Position numbers and translations under genes: made by a program. A stretch of DNA of 63,594 bases, counting the filler, from Salisapilia sapeloensis CBS 127946 (Eukaryota > Protista > Oomycota): assembly GCA_023334545.1 (NCBI GenBank). It is 4 parts of 4 records of this genome, joined end to end, with 100 filler letters (N's around TTAATTAATTAA, not from the genome) between each part and the next. Parts side by side here need not be neighbours in the genome. Positions count along the whole stretch, not along the records: positions 29,869 to 51,891 come from JAADVB010000279.1; 3 more parts are not named here. One strand, given 5' to 3'. A model generated the notes under the pieces. That model searched no databases, was not told the origin of the DNA, and was given only the letters and a program-made list of their open reading frames with translations. Of the stretch, positions 29,869-40,548 are shown piece after piece. The first letter of the stretch is position 1; each line of letters opens with the position of its first letter.

Positions 29869-32800
29869 CCTAGTCCAAGTCCTACAACGGTTGTGCCACG
29901 GACAGTCGGACCGACACCGAGTCCCAGCCCTACGACAACGTCGCCACCGACATCGCCACCGACCCTTACGCCAGCGCCTAATCCGACAGCTATCTCGCCG
30001 ACCGAAGGACCTGTTGGAGGTATGCTAGAAGACGATCCTACGCCCAGTCCAAACCCAACACCAACTCCAACTCCAACAACGACTGCACCAGCAACGGCCT
30101 TACCTACTTTGGCTCCGACACAGACACCAACAACAACTGCGCCAGAAACGGTTGAGCCGGCACCCAGTCCGATTGCAACGTCGAATGCGCCGTCCACATC
30201 AGAACCAACACGCACGCTAGAGCCTAGTCCGACCGCAACGGAGTCGCCAACAGAAGATCCTGTCGGTGGAATGCTTGAGGATGAACCTACGCCAAGTCCG
30301 AACGCAACACCCACGCAAACACCAACAGTTCCTCCAACGGTTGGGCCGACATCGAGTCCAAATCCTACTACTGCTTTACCACCGACGTTACAACCGACAC
30401 TGGCACCGAGTCCGACACCAACGACGGCTGCGCCTCCAACGCTTCAACCGACGTTAATTCCTACAACTGCACCGCCAACAGTTCAACCCACTCCGACGCC
30501 GACAGCAATTGCCCCATCAACGAATGAGCCAATATCCAGTCCAAGTCCAACGACAACTGCGCCGCAGACATCTGAGCCTATATTAACGCCAGAGCCTAGT
30601 CCGACAGCGACAGTGCCACAGACAGAAGAGCCGGTTGGCGGTATGTTGGAGGATGAACCTACGCCGAGCCCAAATGCAACACCGACACAGCCAACGACTT
30701 CACCATCAACGGCCCAACCGACACCAAGTACAAATCCGACTCCATCCACTACAGTGCCACCTATGACTGAACCGACTATGACGCCGATGCCTACGACAAC
30801 TGCACCACCAACTGATCAACCCCTTCCAACTTCCACACCGGAAACAAGTGCGCCACAGACGGTTGAGCCAACACCCACACCAGAGCCTAGTCCGACCACA
30901 ACGGAGCCATCAACAGAAGAACCTGTCGGTGGGATGCTGGAGGATGAACCTGCGCCAAGTCCGAACGCAACACCCATGCAGCCAACGACTTCACCGTCGA
31001 CAGTTGAACCGACAGCCAGTCCAACTCCTACAACGACTGCGCCAACAACGATCCAACCGACGTCTACTCCAACTACGTCACCGGGCACAAGTGCTCCGCC
31101 AACTGCTGAGCCGACGCCGACGACAACTGCACCTCCCACGCTTCAGCCAACGTCCAGTCCCGGTCCTACGACTAGTGCACGGCCAACAGAAGGTCCTGTA
31201 GGAGGCATGCTGGAGGATGAGCCTACACTCAGTCCGAACCCGACGTCGAGTCCTAATGCGACACCGACGCCAACGACGACAGTACCAACAACGGTTCAAC
31301 CATCACTTAGTCCGAGTCCTACTACAACTGCGCCAACGACGACTGCCCCATCATCGATTCAGCCCACAAGCGGTCCAAATCCGACAACGACTGAACGGCC
31401 GATAGATGAGCCTGTGTCGAATCCAACTTTGACACCAGCGCCTGGCCCAACAACGACTGAACAGCCATCAAGTCAGCCGACTTTGGTGCCAGCACCTAGT
31501 CCGACGGCAGATGAGCCGTCAACAGAAGTACCGGTGGGAGGAATGTTGGAAGATGAGCCTACGCTCTTTCCAGATATAACTTCGACGCAAGCGCCCAGTC
31601 CGGTATCGACTGAGCAGCCATCGAATGAACCAACTTCGACATCGCCATCTACTACAACGGAAACTGAACAACCATCCATTACAACCTCAGCACCAGTACC
31701 TGATACGACAATGATGGAGCCTGTAATAGATCAGCCTACGCTCAGACCAAATCCTTCGCCTAGTGAACCAGCGTTGCCTTCAGAAACACCAAGTACGATG
31801 GAACCGACTGTGACGGACATACCAGCAAATTCAGAGCCTTCACCTAGTGCTACAGCTTCGCCCGTTGAAACTGATGCGCCGGTGGGAAATGCACCTCCAT
31901 CAACTGGAGGAATACTTGAGGATGAGCCGACAGGTACAAACAGTCCAGACGCAACTAGTGAATCACCAGTTACAACTTCCCCTGAGCCGACAAGCTCTGC
32001 GCCAGTGGACACGCCAATCTCTACACAAGCTCCGAGTACAGATCTTTCCGATGCACCGACAGCCACTGTGGCCCCTTCTAATCCATCTCCAGCAAACACG
32101 CCGGCGCCTGTCAATGGAGAGCCTTCCATTGGACCGACCGATACCCCAGTCAGCACAGACGAAATAGTTGGTGAAGTACTAGAGGATGAGCCTACACAGT
32201 CTCCAGGTCCAGTTGATCCTAATCAAAGTCCTGAACCGGCAGCTACGACTCCAGTAGAGGATGCGATAACGCTCACTCCAGAGATTTTCTTCCCTCCAGA
32301 AGACACACCGACTCCGTCCTCCGACCGAGATACAACAGATACTCCAGCATTAGCTCCTACGCTTTCTACGGATAGAACGCCACCTGCAGGAGTGGAGAAT
32401 CCAATGACAAACGAAGCATCACAAATTTCTTCTTCCCAAACTGCGGCCAATGGTCCTGGTAATGTACTGGGGGGTGAACCCGAGATGAATCCAGTAGACC
32501 CCGATTCACCTTCACCTCAGAACAGTCCACCGGGCGATGCTTTAGAGCCTACAGTATCACTAGTGGTAAATGGAGAATCTGGAGCTGACGCAGCTGTAAA
32601 TGTTCCTACGCGTCCATCGGATCCTTCTAGTCCGAATCCATCGCTAGCCACTTCCACAGCTCCTGGTGCAGCAAGTCCAGATTCATCGCCAAACCCAAAT
32701 TCCAATCCCACAACAACAAATGTGGATGGTAATCCAATATCTGAAGACACTAGGGAAGATCGACCGGCCGGAGGAGTACTGTTAGACGGGCGGACACCCA

Positions 32801-34824
32801 ATACTCCAGAAGACGCATTTTCACTGAATGCAGGTACGCTGGACCTCGATGACTCTCCAAATCATTCCGTGAGGTCAGACGCCTTGAATTCCAAGTCTCT
32901 GACTGATGCTGAAAAGATGCCATCGGATTTACCGGAGAGCACTATTGTAAATGGTGACAAGACAGACTTGCCTACTCTAAAGCCAAGAGGGGCATCTGAT
33001 GATGACACAAAGGACAATGGCGGAAACGTCCAGACTAGGAGTGACATACCCGTTCCAACCGCAAAGCCAAATAGCGTGATGAAGGATAAAGGCTCAGAGG
33101 AGACTAAGAGAGAAAAGAAAGATCCAACAGGTCTGGATACGATTGTGGAAGGTGGTACTAGCAACCGAGACCATCTAGACAACGCCATACTTTCAAACGA
33201 GAGAAACAACACACTTCCAATGGACGTATCGCATGAGCCTGGTAAGACAGCAAAGGATACTGAAAATGAACCATTTCCTGCAAGCGGTAGTCGAGACTTG
33301 TCGGACAGCAGAAGTAGTCGTTCAGGTATGGATTTCCCGGTAGTGGAAACTTCACCAGTGGGAGGTCGCATTTCCTTTCAAGAGTCGATTGCCCAATTCA
33401 ACACCCTAACGGATGAAGTTCGAAAAGCTGCAAGCAAGTCGACCAATATGCTCATTGCTTCCGCAGTCGCTGGTAACATTGCCTGCACTGTGATTTCCAC
33501 GACTATCACAAGTGCAACTGAAGTACTCATTCCGGTCTCCCACGGCGTCCTGCTTACAATCAACAGTCCTGCGCTGGTCGCCGATCTTCCCACTGCCGAC
33601 CCATCTACTCTGGTGATGCTCATCGGGTATCTTCAGTTCGTCGCCAGTAGCAGTCAAATGACTTTGCCTCAGGCACCGTCCATACTTTTTGAATTCACAG
33701 ACTCTTTGGGGTGGACGAACTTGCAACCGAATGGAAGGAAGGGCACGATGGAAAACGTGACATCTGAAAATGTTGACAACTTTACAGTCGAAGACGGAGA
33801 CATCATCTCCGGCGTACTTGCATATGCGGAACGAGTTGGTATTGAACCGGATGAGCTGTTTCCCAAAACAGCCATCGTCTTTTTGATCATCGTTGGCTCT
33901 GTTGCAGCTGCTGTCGCATCCATCTACTCTATCATTCGACTCGTGGCGAAAAAGAGGTTGGAGATGGTCGTCCAACGCATTAACGATCTCCCACGCGCCA
34001 AGCTTCTACTTCGGCTGCTCACTCAAAGCTGCTTGTCAATTTGTCTTATGAGCGAGTATGCTCTCAGCATGACAAGCTCGTTTCAGCTTCGGTACAACGA
34101 GACGCATCCAGGGAACGAAAGTCCGTCTTCCTTTGCCTTTGCGACCGTTCTGCTCATCGGGTTCTGCTTCGGTCTGATTTTGCTTGGTGTGATCAAGATC
34201 TGGAACAAGAGTGAAGAGAAGCTGAACGACCCGGACTTTAAGTTCGCATGGGGAGCATACTACCAGTACTACCACTATCATCAGCGCTACTTTTTCGTTG
34301 CTAAAATGGGCGCCGAGATCTTCTCCGGTATAATCATCGGTCTTGTCAGCGATGTACCATCGCAATTGACATTGCTCATGACAGTACAGCTTGGCATGTT
34401 TTTGTACACTGTTGAAAACGAGCCGTACTCGGTGGTCTTCCAGAACGTCTGTGCCTCTATTGCATTTGTGATGAAGATGCTCACGTATGCGCTAATCAGC
34501 CAATTTCTGGCCGTGAGTGACGGAGTGGTGGACGAAGGCGTTGGAGACTTTGTCGCCACACTCGTCATCTTCCTCCAAGTAGGCCTGCTTCTGCTCTTTA
34601 ACTCGAGGCAATTGTACGTCCTGTATAAACAGATGAGGTACATTTGGATGCTTCGGAAGGAGCAACGTAAGCGACCTCAAGAGCCGAATCGGAGTGGTAA
34701 TCGGGTAATGACGACAGATTCAGTGGAAGAGACTGACGAGCACATGCATGAGCGCACGCCCCCTACGACCTTCAACCTACTCGAAAGCGAACGACGTGAT
34801 ACGGCGGAAACACCACATTTTTAG
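29869..34824 (+). CDS. Mucin-like T/P/S-rich ectodomain fused to a TRP-like (fungal Flc/Pkd2-type) multi-TM domain; 5' end lost in the gap
   Basis: The frame is open from the gap edge. About 1150 aa of T/P/S/E-rich repeats are followed by LIGYLQFVASS, F..SLGWTNL, GVLAYAERVGIEPDELF and DPDFKFAWGAYYQYY plus at least 7 hydrophobic segments. Confidence 0.8.
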   Translation, partial: PSPSPTTVVPRTVGPTPSPSPTTTSPPTSPPTLTPAPNPTAISPTEGPVGGMLEDDPTPSPNPTPTPTPTTTAPATALPTLAPTQTPTTTAPETVEPAPSPIATSNAPSTSEPTRTLEPSPTATESPTEDPVGGMLEDEPTPSPNATPTQTPTVPPTVGPTSSPNPTTALPPTLQPTLAPSPTPTTAAPPTLQPTLIPTTAPPTVQPTPTPTAIAPSTNEPISSPSPTTTAPQTSEPILTPEPSPTATVPQTEEPVGGMLEDEPTPSPNATPTQPTTSPSTAQPTPSTNPTPSTTVPPMTEPTMTPMPTTTAPPTDQPLPTSTPETSAPQTVEPTPTPEPSPTTTEPSTEEPVGGMLEDEPAPSPNATPMQPTTSPSTVEPTASPTPTTTAPTTIQPTSTPTTSPGTSAPPTAEPTPTTTAPPTLQPTSSPGPTTSARPTEGPVGGMLEDEPTLSPNPTSSPNATPTPTTTVPTTVQPSLSPSPTTTAPTTTAPSSIQPTSGPNPTTTERPIDEPVSNPTLTPAPGPTTTEQPSSQPTLVPAPSPTADEPSTEVPVGGMLEDEPTLFPDITSTQAPSPVSTEQPSNEPTSTSPSTTTETEQPSITTSAPVPDTTMMEPVIDQPTLRPNPSPSEPALPSETPSTMEPTVTDIPANSEPSPSATASPVETDAPVGNAPPSTGGILEDEPTGTNSPDATSESPVTTSPEPTSSAPVDTPISTQAPSTDLSDAPTATVAPSNPSPANTPAPVNGEPSIGPTDTPVSTDEIVGEVLEDEPTQSPGPVDPNQSPEPAATTPVEDAITLTPEIFFPPEDTPTPSSDRDTTDTPALAPTLSTDRTPPAGVENPMTNEASQISSSQTAANGPGNVLGGEPEMNPVDPDSPSPQNSPPGDALEPTVSLVVNGESGADAAVNVPTRPSDPSSPNPSLATSTAPGAASPDSSPNPNSNPTTTNVDGNPISEDTREDRPAGGVLLDGRTPNTPEDAFSLNAGTLDLDDSPNHSVRSDALNSKSLTDAEKMPSDLPESTIVNGDKTDLPTLKPRGASDDDTKDNGGNVQTRSDIPVPTAKPNSVMKDKGSEETKREKKDPTGLDTIVEGGTSNRDHLDNAILSNERNNTLPMDVSHEPGKTAKDTENEPFPASGSRDLSDSRSSRSGMDFPVVETSPVGGRISFQESIAQFNTLTDEVRKAASKSTNMLIASAVAGNIACTVISTTITSATEVLIPVSHGVLLTINSPALVADLPTADPSTLVMLIGYLQFVASSSQMTLPQAPSILFEFTDSLGWTNLQPNGRKGTMENVTSENVDNFTVEDGDIISGVLAYAERVGIEPDELFPKTAIVFLIIVGSVAAAVASIYSIIRLVAKKRLEMVVQRINDLPRAKLLLRLLTQSCLSICLMSEYALSMTSSFQLRYNETHPGNESPSSFAFATVLLIGFCFGLILLGVIKIWNKSEEKLNDPDFKFAWGAYYQYYHYHQRYFFVAKMGAEIFSGIIIGLVSDVPSQLTLLMTVQLGMFLYTVENEPYSVVFQNVCASIAFVMKMLTYALISQFLAVSDGVVDEGVGDFVATLVIFLQVGLLLLFNSRQLYVLYKQMRYIWMLRKEQRKRPQEPNRSGNRVMTTDSVEETDEHMHERTPPTTFNLLESERRDTAETPHF
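30016..32196 (+). repeat. Eight copies of a GG(M/I)LEDEP-type motif punctuating the mucin stalk
   Basis: Motif starts at 30016, 30265, 30637, 30928, 31201, 31537, 31906 and 32170 (the last is GEVLEDEP). Spacings are 249-372 nt, all in frame. Confidence 0.95.
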
Positions 34825-34870
34825 ACACACAATCAGATCTAGTAAAGTTGAATTTTGCACTTGAACATAG

Positions 34871-36018
34871 CTACGAATCGTTTAGGAGAGCCGACATGCG
34901 CTTGTCCAGATGCTCCAAATTCTTTTCAAACCGCTCGATGTTCTCATCCAGACTCGACTCGACCTAGTGAGCGTTTTAGCAATTGTTCAGCTTTTCCAGC
35001 AGATAATGGTAGCATACCTTTTCCAACATGGACTTGTCATCCTCAAGTAAAGACGAGATGCTTTCCTGTTCACTCTCCATTTTTTGGATTCTATCCACAA
35101 TATCAATGCTTCCATCGTGAGCGTCCTTTAGGCTCATTAATCTATCCATTAAAGCCGGAACGGTGTGCATCGTTTCCTCCAGATCCTTGATCTTAGCAAA
35201 TGTTTCTCTCAGCTGCCGCTTCTCTTCTGTCGATTCTAACGCATTTCTTACTCCCTCCGACTCTTTCATTTTCTCAAGCATGGAGAACTCGTGGTTCAAT
35301 GCCGTTGTACGAGTCTTGATGGCGTCCAGACTTTGCGTATCCATCAACTCCACTTTCGATTCCAATGCCTTTAACTGGGAATATGCATCGCCTTTTAACG
35401 GCATATTGCTCGGGTCAGATGTACATCCTAGGGCTTTTTCGAGAGACTCGATGCGGCGTTCCAGTGCAATTGTTCGAGCTTGGGTGTTTGCGTCCACCTC
35501 TTTCACCTCACCAGAGCTGTATATCTCGTAAACGATATTGGCCTTTTGGTCAGTCTTCACTTCCCCAGTTCTTGCGTCTCTTGCCTTTTGAATGTGGTCA
35601 AAGAATCGACTCGTCAATTGTCTCTGAGCGGACAGAACCGCTCCCATGTTGCTACCGTCTTGGTGTGACGCCAAGTACGGTTGATACGAGCTGCTCTCCT
35701 GCATGCTCTTGAGTGTCGCCTGGAGCGTTTCAAGACCCTGCAAGATCTCTTTGTTCTCAACTCCCTGGGCTGCATTAGGATGAGTACTCTTGGTATTTTG
35801 TAGCGATAAAAGTTCTAAATCGGCTTGCAGTTCCTGTACTTCACTCGACAGACGCGTGAACTTTGCCAAAGGACTTTCAAACTCGCTTGCAGCATAGTTC
35901 GTCGAAGATACAGTGCTGGTCGTCTCGTACTCGCTTCGTGAAGGCTCTACCACATTCTGTTAGTTTCAGTACTATTGCTTCAATCATGGGAAATAGACGC
36001 ACTATAGACTTTGCCCAT
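34871..36018 (-). CDS. DCTN2: Dynactin subunit 2 (p50 dynamitin), 3 exons (about 345 aa)
   Basis: Exons 36018-36003 (tentative), 35946-35018 and 34963-34871. EYET, ESPLAKFTRLSSEVQEL, YEIY, LERRIESLEKALG, and a coiled C-terminus ENIERFEKNLEHLDKRM. Confidence 0.82.
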
Positions 36019-36356
36019 GAAAACCTCAAAAGCCCGACTAGCAGCGACGTTAGACGCGTCAATCTCGTTCTATTTGGTACCACTCAGATACAATATCCTA
36101 GGAAAAGATATGCCACTATCGTACCTCAAAAGGAGCCTGAGGAGAAGATTCGCTCATGTGTGGTCCTATCTCTCCAGCTCTACCATAATCAGACACCCCT
36201 CTAGACCGCACTGGACCGTACGGTTGGAACGTAGCGTCCGTATCCGGCGTCTCAAAGACCTCTTCGCTCATTTTATCACTTGTTGTCAAGCAAAGCTATC
36301 TTCTGAAGTAGCGTTAAGGTACACGGAATCTTAGTTACTACTTCAGCCGGGAGATC

Positions 36357-37976
36357 ATGATGCGAAGTCAGGATACTCGGCATCACTTGCCGGCACTGTT
36401 CCTCCAGCTTTGCTTTGCATTTTCCGTCCTTCTTCTGCTTCTCTACATTCCTCATATGCCTATAAACAGTACAGAGAAGCTTCATGTTCGAGAAAATGTA
36501 CATACTGCCGAGGTGGAGACAATCGTCTCGACTGGAGATATTACGCTAGTGGAATCTCTTCCGGTGGGCAACTTTTCTCTCCAGTCCAGTCTTCCAATGA
36601 CACATGAAGTGCTTACTTCCCATGTTCATAATGCAACCAAGAGCATCGATATCAGCGCCATGTACTGGAATCTTCTTGGTGATTTGGACCGACAGATTTA
36701 CAGCGACGACGAGATGCACGAACTTGGTGCTGATCGAGGCACAGACCTTTGGAATGCTCTCTATCACGCTCTCCAACGAGGTGTAGAGGTGCGAATTCTG
36801 ACTGCCAAAGAGAAGATTGGTGAAAATAACATGGGATCCGATCTTCCTGTCGAAGTACAGAAACTACTCAGTGCTTTTCCTCAAAAGCTTCAAGTGCATA
36901 CGTGGAGTGGAGAAGAGTGGTACGGTGGTGGCATTCTTCATCAAAAGATCTGGATATTTGATACTTCACATGTCTACATCGGCAGTGCGAATAACGACTG
37001 GAAATCTCTAGCCCAAGTGATGGAGATGGGCGTTTTGTTTGAAAACTTGGCAGAAAACTCTCCTGCCCTGATGGACATCCTTCGTCTTTTTGACTTGTGG
37101 TGGATGTGGGGTACGCCGTACAAGTCCGACGGTCACGATGTCTATACTCCACCTTCGGCCATGAACACAAAAACGAAGATGTACTATTCAAATGCATTCC
37201 AGAGCAGGCTGCAAGTGCCATCCTGGTCGCTGTATCTGCCAGAGTCGGAGCGAACTACCGACCCTTTTGTCAAGGCCAATCTGTCTGCGATTGGGAATGC
37301 AGATAACCAAATACCGATAGACTTGGAGTCTAGTCGTGCCGACACGAATGGTTCATCCAGTATGTTTCTTTCGGCAGCACCATTGGAAGCCACGGCAGGT
37401 CATTCTCGTACATTTGACGAAGACGCACTCGTATACACGATCCATTCGGCAGAGAAGCATCTAAGCTTGAGTGTAATGGACTTCGACCCTTTTTCTCAGT
37501 ACCAACTGGCCACACATCGAGCTCCAATTCACTGGCCAGCGCTCACAGACGCTATCTTGGCTGGCGTCTACGCCAAGAGAAATGTTCGGTATCGACTACT
37601 CATTAGCCATTGGGCTCACTCTAGACCACTCATGTGGGAGGCTTTGATCCAACTGCAGCGACAAGCAGATATGTGTCTCGAGATGTTCCCAAAGTGTACG
37701 TCGACGCTCGAGATTCGACAGATGAAGGTGCCTGGATGGGATCAAACAACCATAAGATCGAGGAAAGATACGTGGCCATCATTTTCAAGGGTGAATCATG
37801 CGAAATTTATTGTGAGTGATCAGCGAGCGAACATTGGCACGAGTAACATGCTGTGGGGGTACTTCTATACGACTGCAGGCATGAGCGTGAATACGAATCA
37901 CGAGCGCACGAGAGCCCATTTGGACGAAGTGTTCGAACGAAACTGGAATTCACCGTTTGCTACACCTCTCGAGTAG
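36357..37976 (+). CDS. PLD3/PLD4-like phospholipase D-superfamily enzyme, type II membrane protein
   Basis: N-terminal TM, LVESLP, two intact HKD motifs (LHQKIWIFD..YIGSANNDW; NHAKFIVSD..IGTSN), and FERNWNSPFA. Confidence 0.88.
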   Translation: MMRSQDTRHHLPALFLQLCFAFSVLLLLLYIPHMPINSTEKLHVRENVHTAEVETIVSTGDITLVESLPVGNFSLQSSLPMTHEVLTSHVHNATKSIDISAMYWNLLGDLDRQIYSDDEMHELGADRGTDLWNALYHALQRGVEVRILTAKEKIGENNMGSDLPVEVQKLLSAFPQKLQVHTWSGEEWYGGGILHQKIWIFDTSHVYIGSANNDWKSLAQVMEMGVLFENLAENSPALMDILRLFDLWWMWGTPYKSDGHDVYTPPSAMNTKTKMYYSNAFQSRLQVPSWSLYLPESERTTDPFVKANLSAIGNADNQIPIDLESSRADTNGSSSMFLSAAPLEATAGHSRTFDEDALVYTIHSAEKHLSLSVMDFDPFSQYQLATHRAPIHWPALTDAILAGVYAKRNVRYRLLISHWAHSRPLMWEALIQLQRQADMCLEMFPKCTSTLEIRQMKVPGWDQTTIRSRKDTWPSFSRVNHAKFIVSDQRANIGTSNMLWGYFYTTAGMSVNTNHERTRAHLDEVFERNWNSPFATPLE

Positions 37977-38666
37977 ATACTGTTAACTTTCAAGAAATAC
38001 AGCGATACCATGTGTATGAATTATCGTTATTGGAGTGCGCAGGCCAGTTACTAGCTCTTACTGGTCTATAGAATCTGGGTTTTAATATTAAGCTACTTTT
38101 GACGACTGTAGTCGCAAGTCATTCATCTTTAACTTAATGGTTGCATTCATCAAGCTTAGATGCAGTACCAGATCCAGTAACGTCAGCATCGCTGCTGTTT
38201 GTATATCCGTAACCTTTCAGCGTTTATGCTGAATAGTTTTGTTATGTATATAAATCTGCATCAAACGCCCAGGTTAATGGCGATTGCTATAAGCAAACTT
38301 GATAGCCTCATTCAATGCAGACGTCCTATCGTGAGAAAACTATAAAAGACTTTGTGAGAGTGATAAATCCAAGGCATTAACATTTTGGCTGTCCGATTGC
38401 TGGATGGAGGAGACGCGTATTTAAGGTAGTAAAGCAGGCTGATTGAGGTTTCCAAACGTATTATCAGTTATCAAACTAGCCTCCTTTTCTCTTCCTAGTA
38501 AATCTGTTTCTGATATAATCGCATGCTAAGCTTTAATCATTTTCTCATTTACCGTCGCATGCATAATTTGTTCCGTCTGAACTTATAAAAGCAAGGAATA
38601 CAAAATAAAAGAATGTGCTACTGCGTCATGTCATTTATCTTTATACCCCACTCCATCATCAGAATC

Positions 38667-40397
38667 TTATGCTCGCACAACTTTCTTAATGCGTGGACGA
38701 GTGGAATTAAACATTTTCTTGTCGTGACGATGCTTCCTCTTCGGCACTGGACTTTCGTCTTCACTGTCAAAGTTAAAAGCGTATTCGTCCTCAGCTCCAC
38801 ACAGTAGCGCTCGATCATTTTCAAGTGGAACAAAAGTCGAATAGGCTGGCCACGGGAAGCGAGTATGTCCATTTAGAAGCGCTTCATCAGGTTCTATCAG
38901 CTCAAGTTGATGTTGAATCATAAACTTGGGTGGTTGGAAATCGGGGATCTTAATAGGTATACGCTCAATGTGTGGTCTCATTTCCACAAGTGGGAATCCT
39001 CCCGTAACGAACTTCTGATTAATTGCCTTTTCGTCCAATTCCTCCAAATGCTTAATCAATTCTGCAGCAGGGTCTCGTTTACATTCTTTTTCCGGACTAG
39101 ATTGAGTGCCAATACTCTCATAGTAGCGTTGCCAGTCCAGATCCACTTTTGCGATGATCTCTTCCTTGGAAGTAGCGCCATCGATCCACAGTTGAATCTT
39201 TTTTAATACTTCCGACATTTTCGACTGGAGAATGACTTTCGACACGGCATCCTTCCATTTCTGTTTGGATTGGGACTTCACTGCATCTTGATCAGCAGGT
39301 TCCTCTCTTTCTGGCTGGTTTTTTACTGAAAGATCTAGCTGAGACTCATCGTTATGTACTGCGCTTTCAGTAGTCTCATCATTTTGGACCGTTTGGTCAA
39401 CAGTCTCATCCTGCCTTTCTTCAACGTTATCCATATTCTCCTGTTGACCTGTCCGTCTCATTCGTCGAGCCTGTTCAGCTTGTTTCGGGGTCAAAGTTCC
39501 AGCCAGAACCAAATCCTCTTCTTCTGCCGACATCATATCATCTACTTGTTCCTTGTCTTCATTCGCCTTCGAAGGTCTGCTCTTCCCATCACTTCTTTTA
39601 CTCGCTTTTCTCTCCTTTGCCTCTTCCTTGAAGGAAGCTGACGATGCATTCCCTTTCTTTACCGGAGACTTCTTCCCTTTCTTTTCAAATGAAGCAGAAG
39701 ACCCGACGATCATGCACTTCATCGGCTGCAGTCCAGGCTGCGACACTCGAAGCTCCAGTTCGGCAGAGCAAGTCGTCCATTGGGTCGGCTGAAACTCCAT
39801 TTCAATCTGTGTTTTCCGAGACGATATCGTGCCGCAAAGTGGGAAGATCGTGAAGGACGGATGAGGCTTCGTGACGGCGAGTTCAAATTCAAACTCCACT
39901 GGAACGGATGCAGATAAGTCGATTTGTTTCCTAGCAATTTCATTCAATGGAACAACACCAAAGTCTATGCGACTTGGAAACTGAATCAAATCGGTACTAG
40001 GATACGCGTGGATTGGGATGGAGATACGACCTGACTGGACAATGTCAGCAGTCGATGGGTACGCCACTTCCTCACATTTTACCAACACTTGAGCATGGTA
40101 GTACTGAAACTCTTGTGGTGTAAAAGTGACAAGAAGCTCTTCCGTCAGCCCTGGCGAAAGGAAGCTCAGACGTTCCTTGGAGAACGTCGCTTGAATGGCA
40201 GAAGGCGGTTGGCCTGGCGCTCCTGGCAGTCTGTATTGGACTCGAATTGATTTGCTACTGTCATTACGCACGAGCACTTTTTGCTGGTACTTTTGCTTCA
40301 GCTCAAACCCACGAAAGTGTACGCTGGTCGGGAGAGAGGCCAATATAGGCGACTTGTTTTTTCGTAGCGAAGGACTGAGTGCTCCGTTGTCCGCCAT
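38667..40397 (-). CDS. CFAP221: CFAP221/PCDP1-like flagellar central-pair protein
   Basis: Two N-terminal ASH-like domains (VHFRGFEL..QKVLVRNDS..LSPGL..VTFTPQEFQYY; IPIHAYP..FPSRIDFGVVPL..SVPVEFEF) and a C-terminal Y..FVPL..R.L..GAEDE segment. Confidence 0.72.
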   Translation of the reverse strand: MADNGALSPSLRKNKSPILASLPTSVHFRGFELKQKYQQKVLVRNDSSKSIRVQYRLPGAPGQPPSAIQATFSKERLSFLSPGLTEELLVTFTPQEFQYYHAQVLVKCEEVAYPSTADIVQSGRISIPIHAYPSTDLIQFPSRIDFGVVPLNEIARKQIDLSASVPVEFEFELAVTKPHPSFTIFPLCGTISSRKTQIEMEFQPTQWTTCSAELELRVSQPGLQPMKCMIVGSSASFEKKGKKSPVKKGNASSASFKEEAKERKASKRSDGKSRPSKANEDKEQVDDMMSAEEEDLVLAGTLTPKQAEQARRMRRTGQQENMDNVEERQDETVDQTVQNDETTESAVHNDESQLDLSVKNQPEREEPADQDAVKSQSKQKWKDAVSKVILQSKMSEVLKKIQLWIDGATSKEEIIAKVDLDWQRYYESIGTQSSPEKECKRDPAAELIKHLEELDEKAINQKFVTGGFPLVEMRPHIERIPIKIPDFQPPKFMIQHQLELIEPDEALLNGHTRFPWPAYSTFVPLENDRALLCGAEDEYAFNFDSEDESPVPKRKHRHDKKMFNSTRPRIKKVVRA

Positions 40398-40548
40398 ACG
40401 GCTGCTTAGATTGATACGATGAATAAAAAGTTGAGGTAGGACGAATCCGACCGTTGAAGTCGACGCATGGTGGAAATCGAAACCGTTGTTAAATTAGAAT
40501 ACATCCTAGATCGCGCTTTAGCAACATTAAGAGCACCAAGGATGGATC

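Noticed and set aside
29817-33371. Many V/G-rich minus-strand ORFs
   Set aside because: They are antisense read-outs of the T/P-rich mucin repeat.
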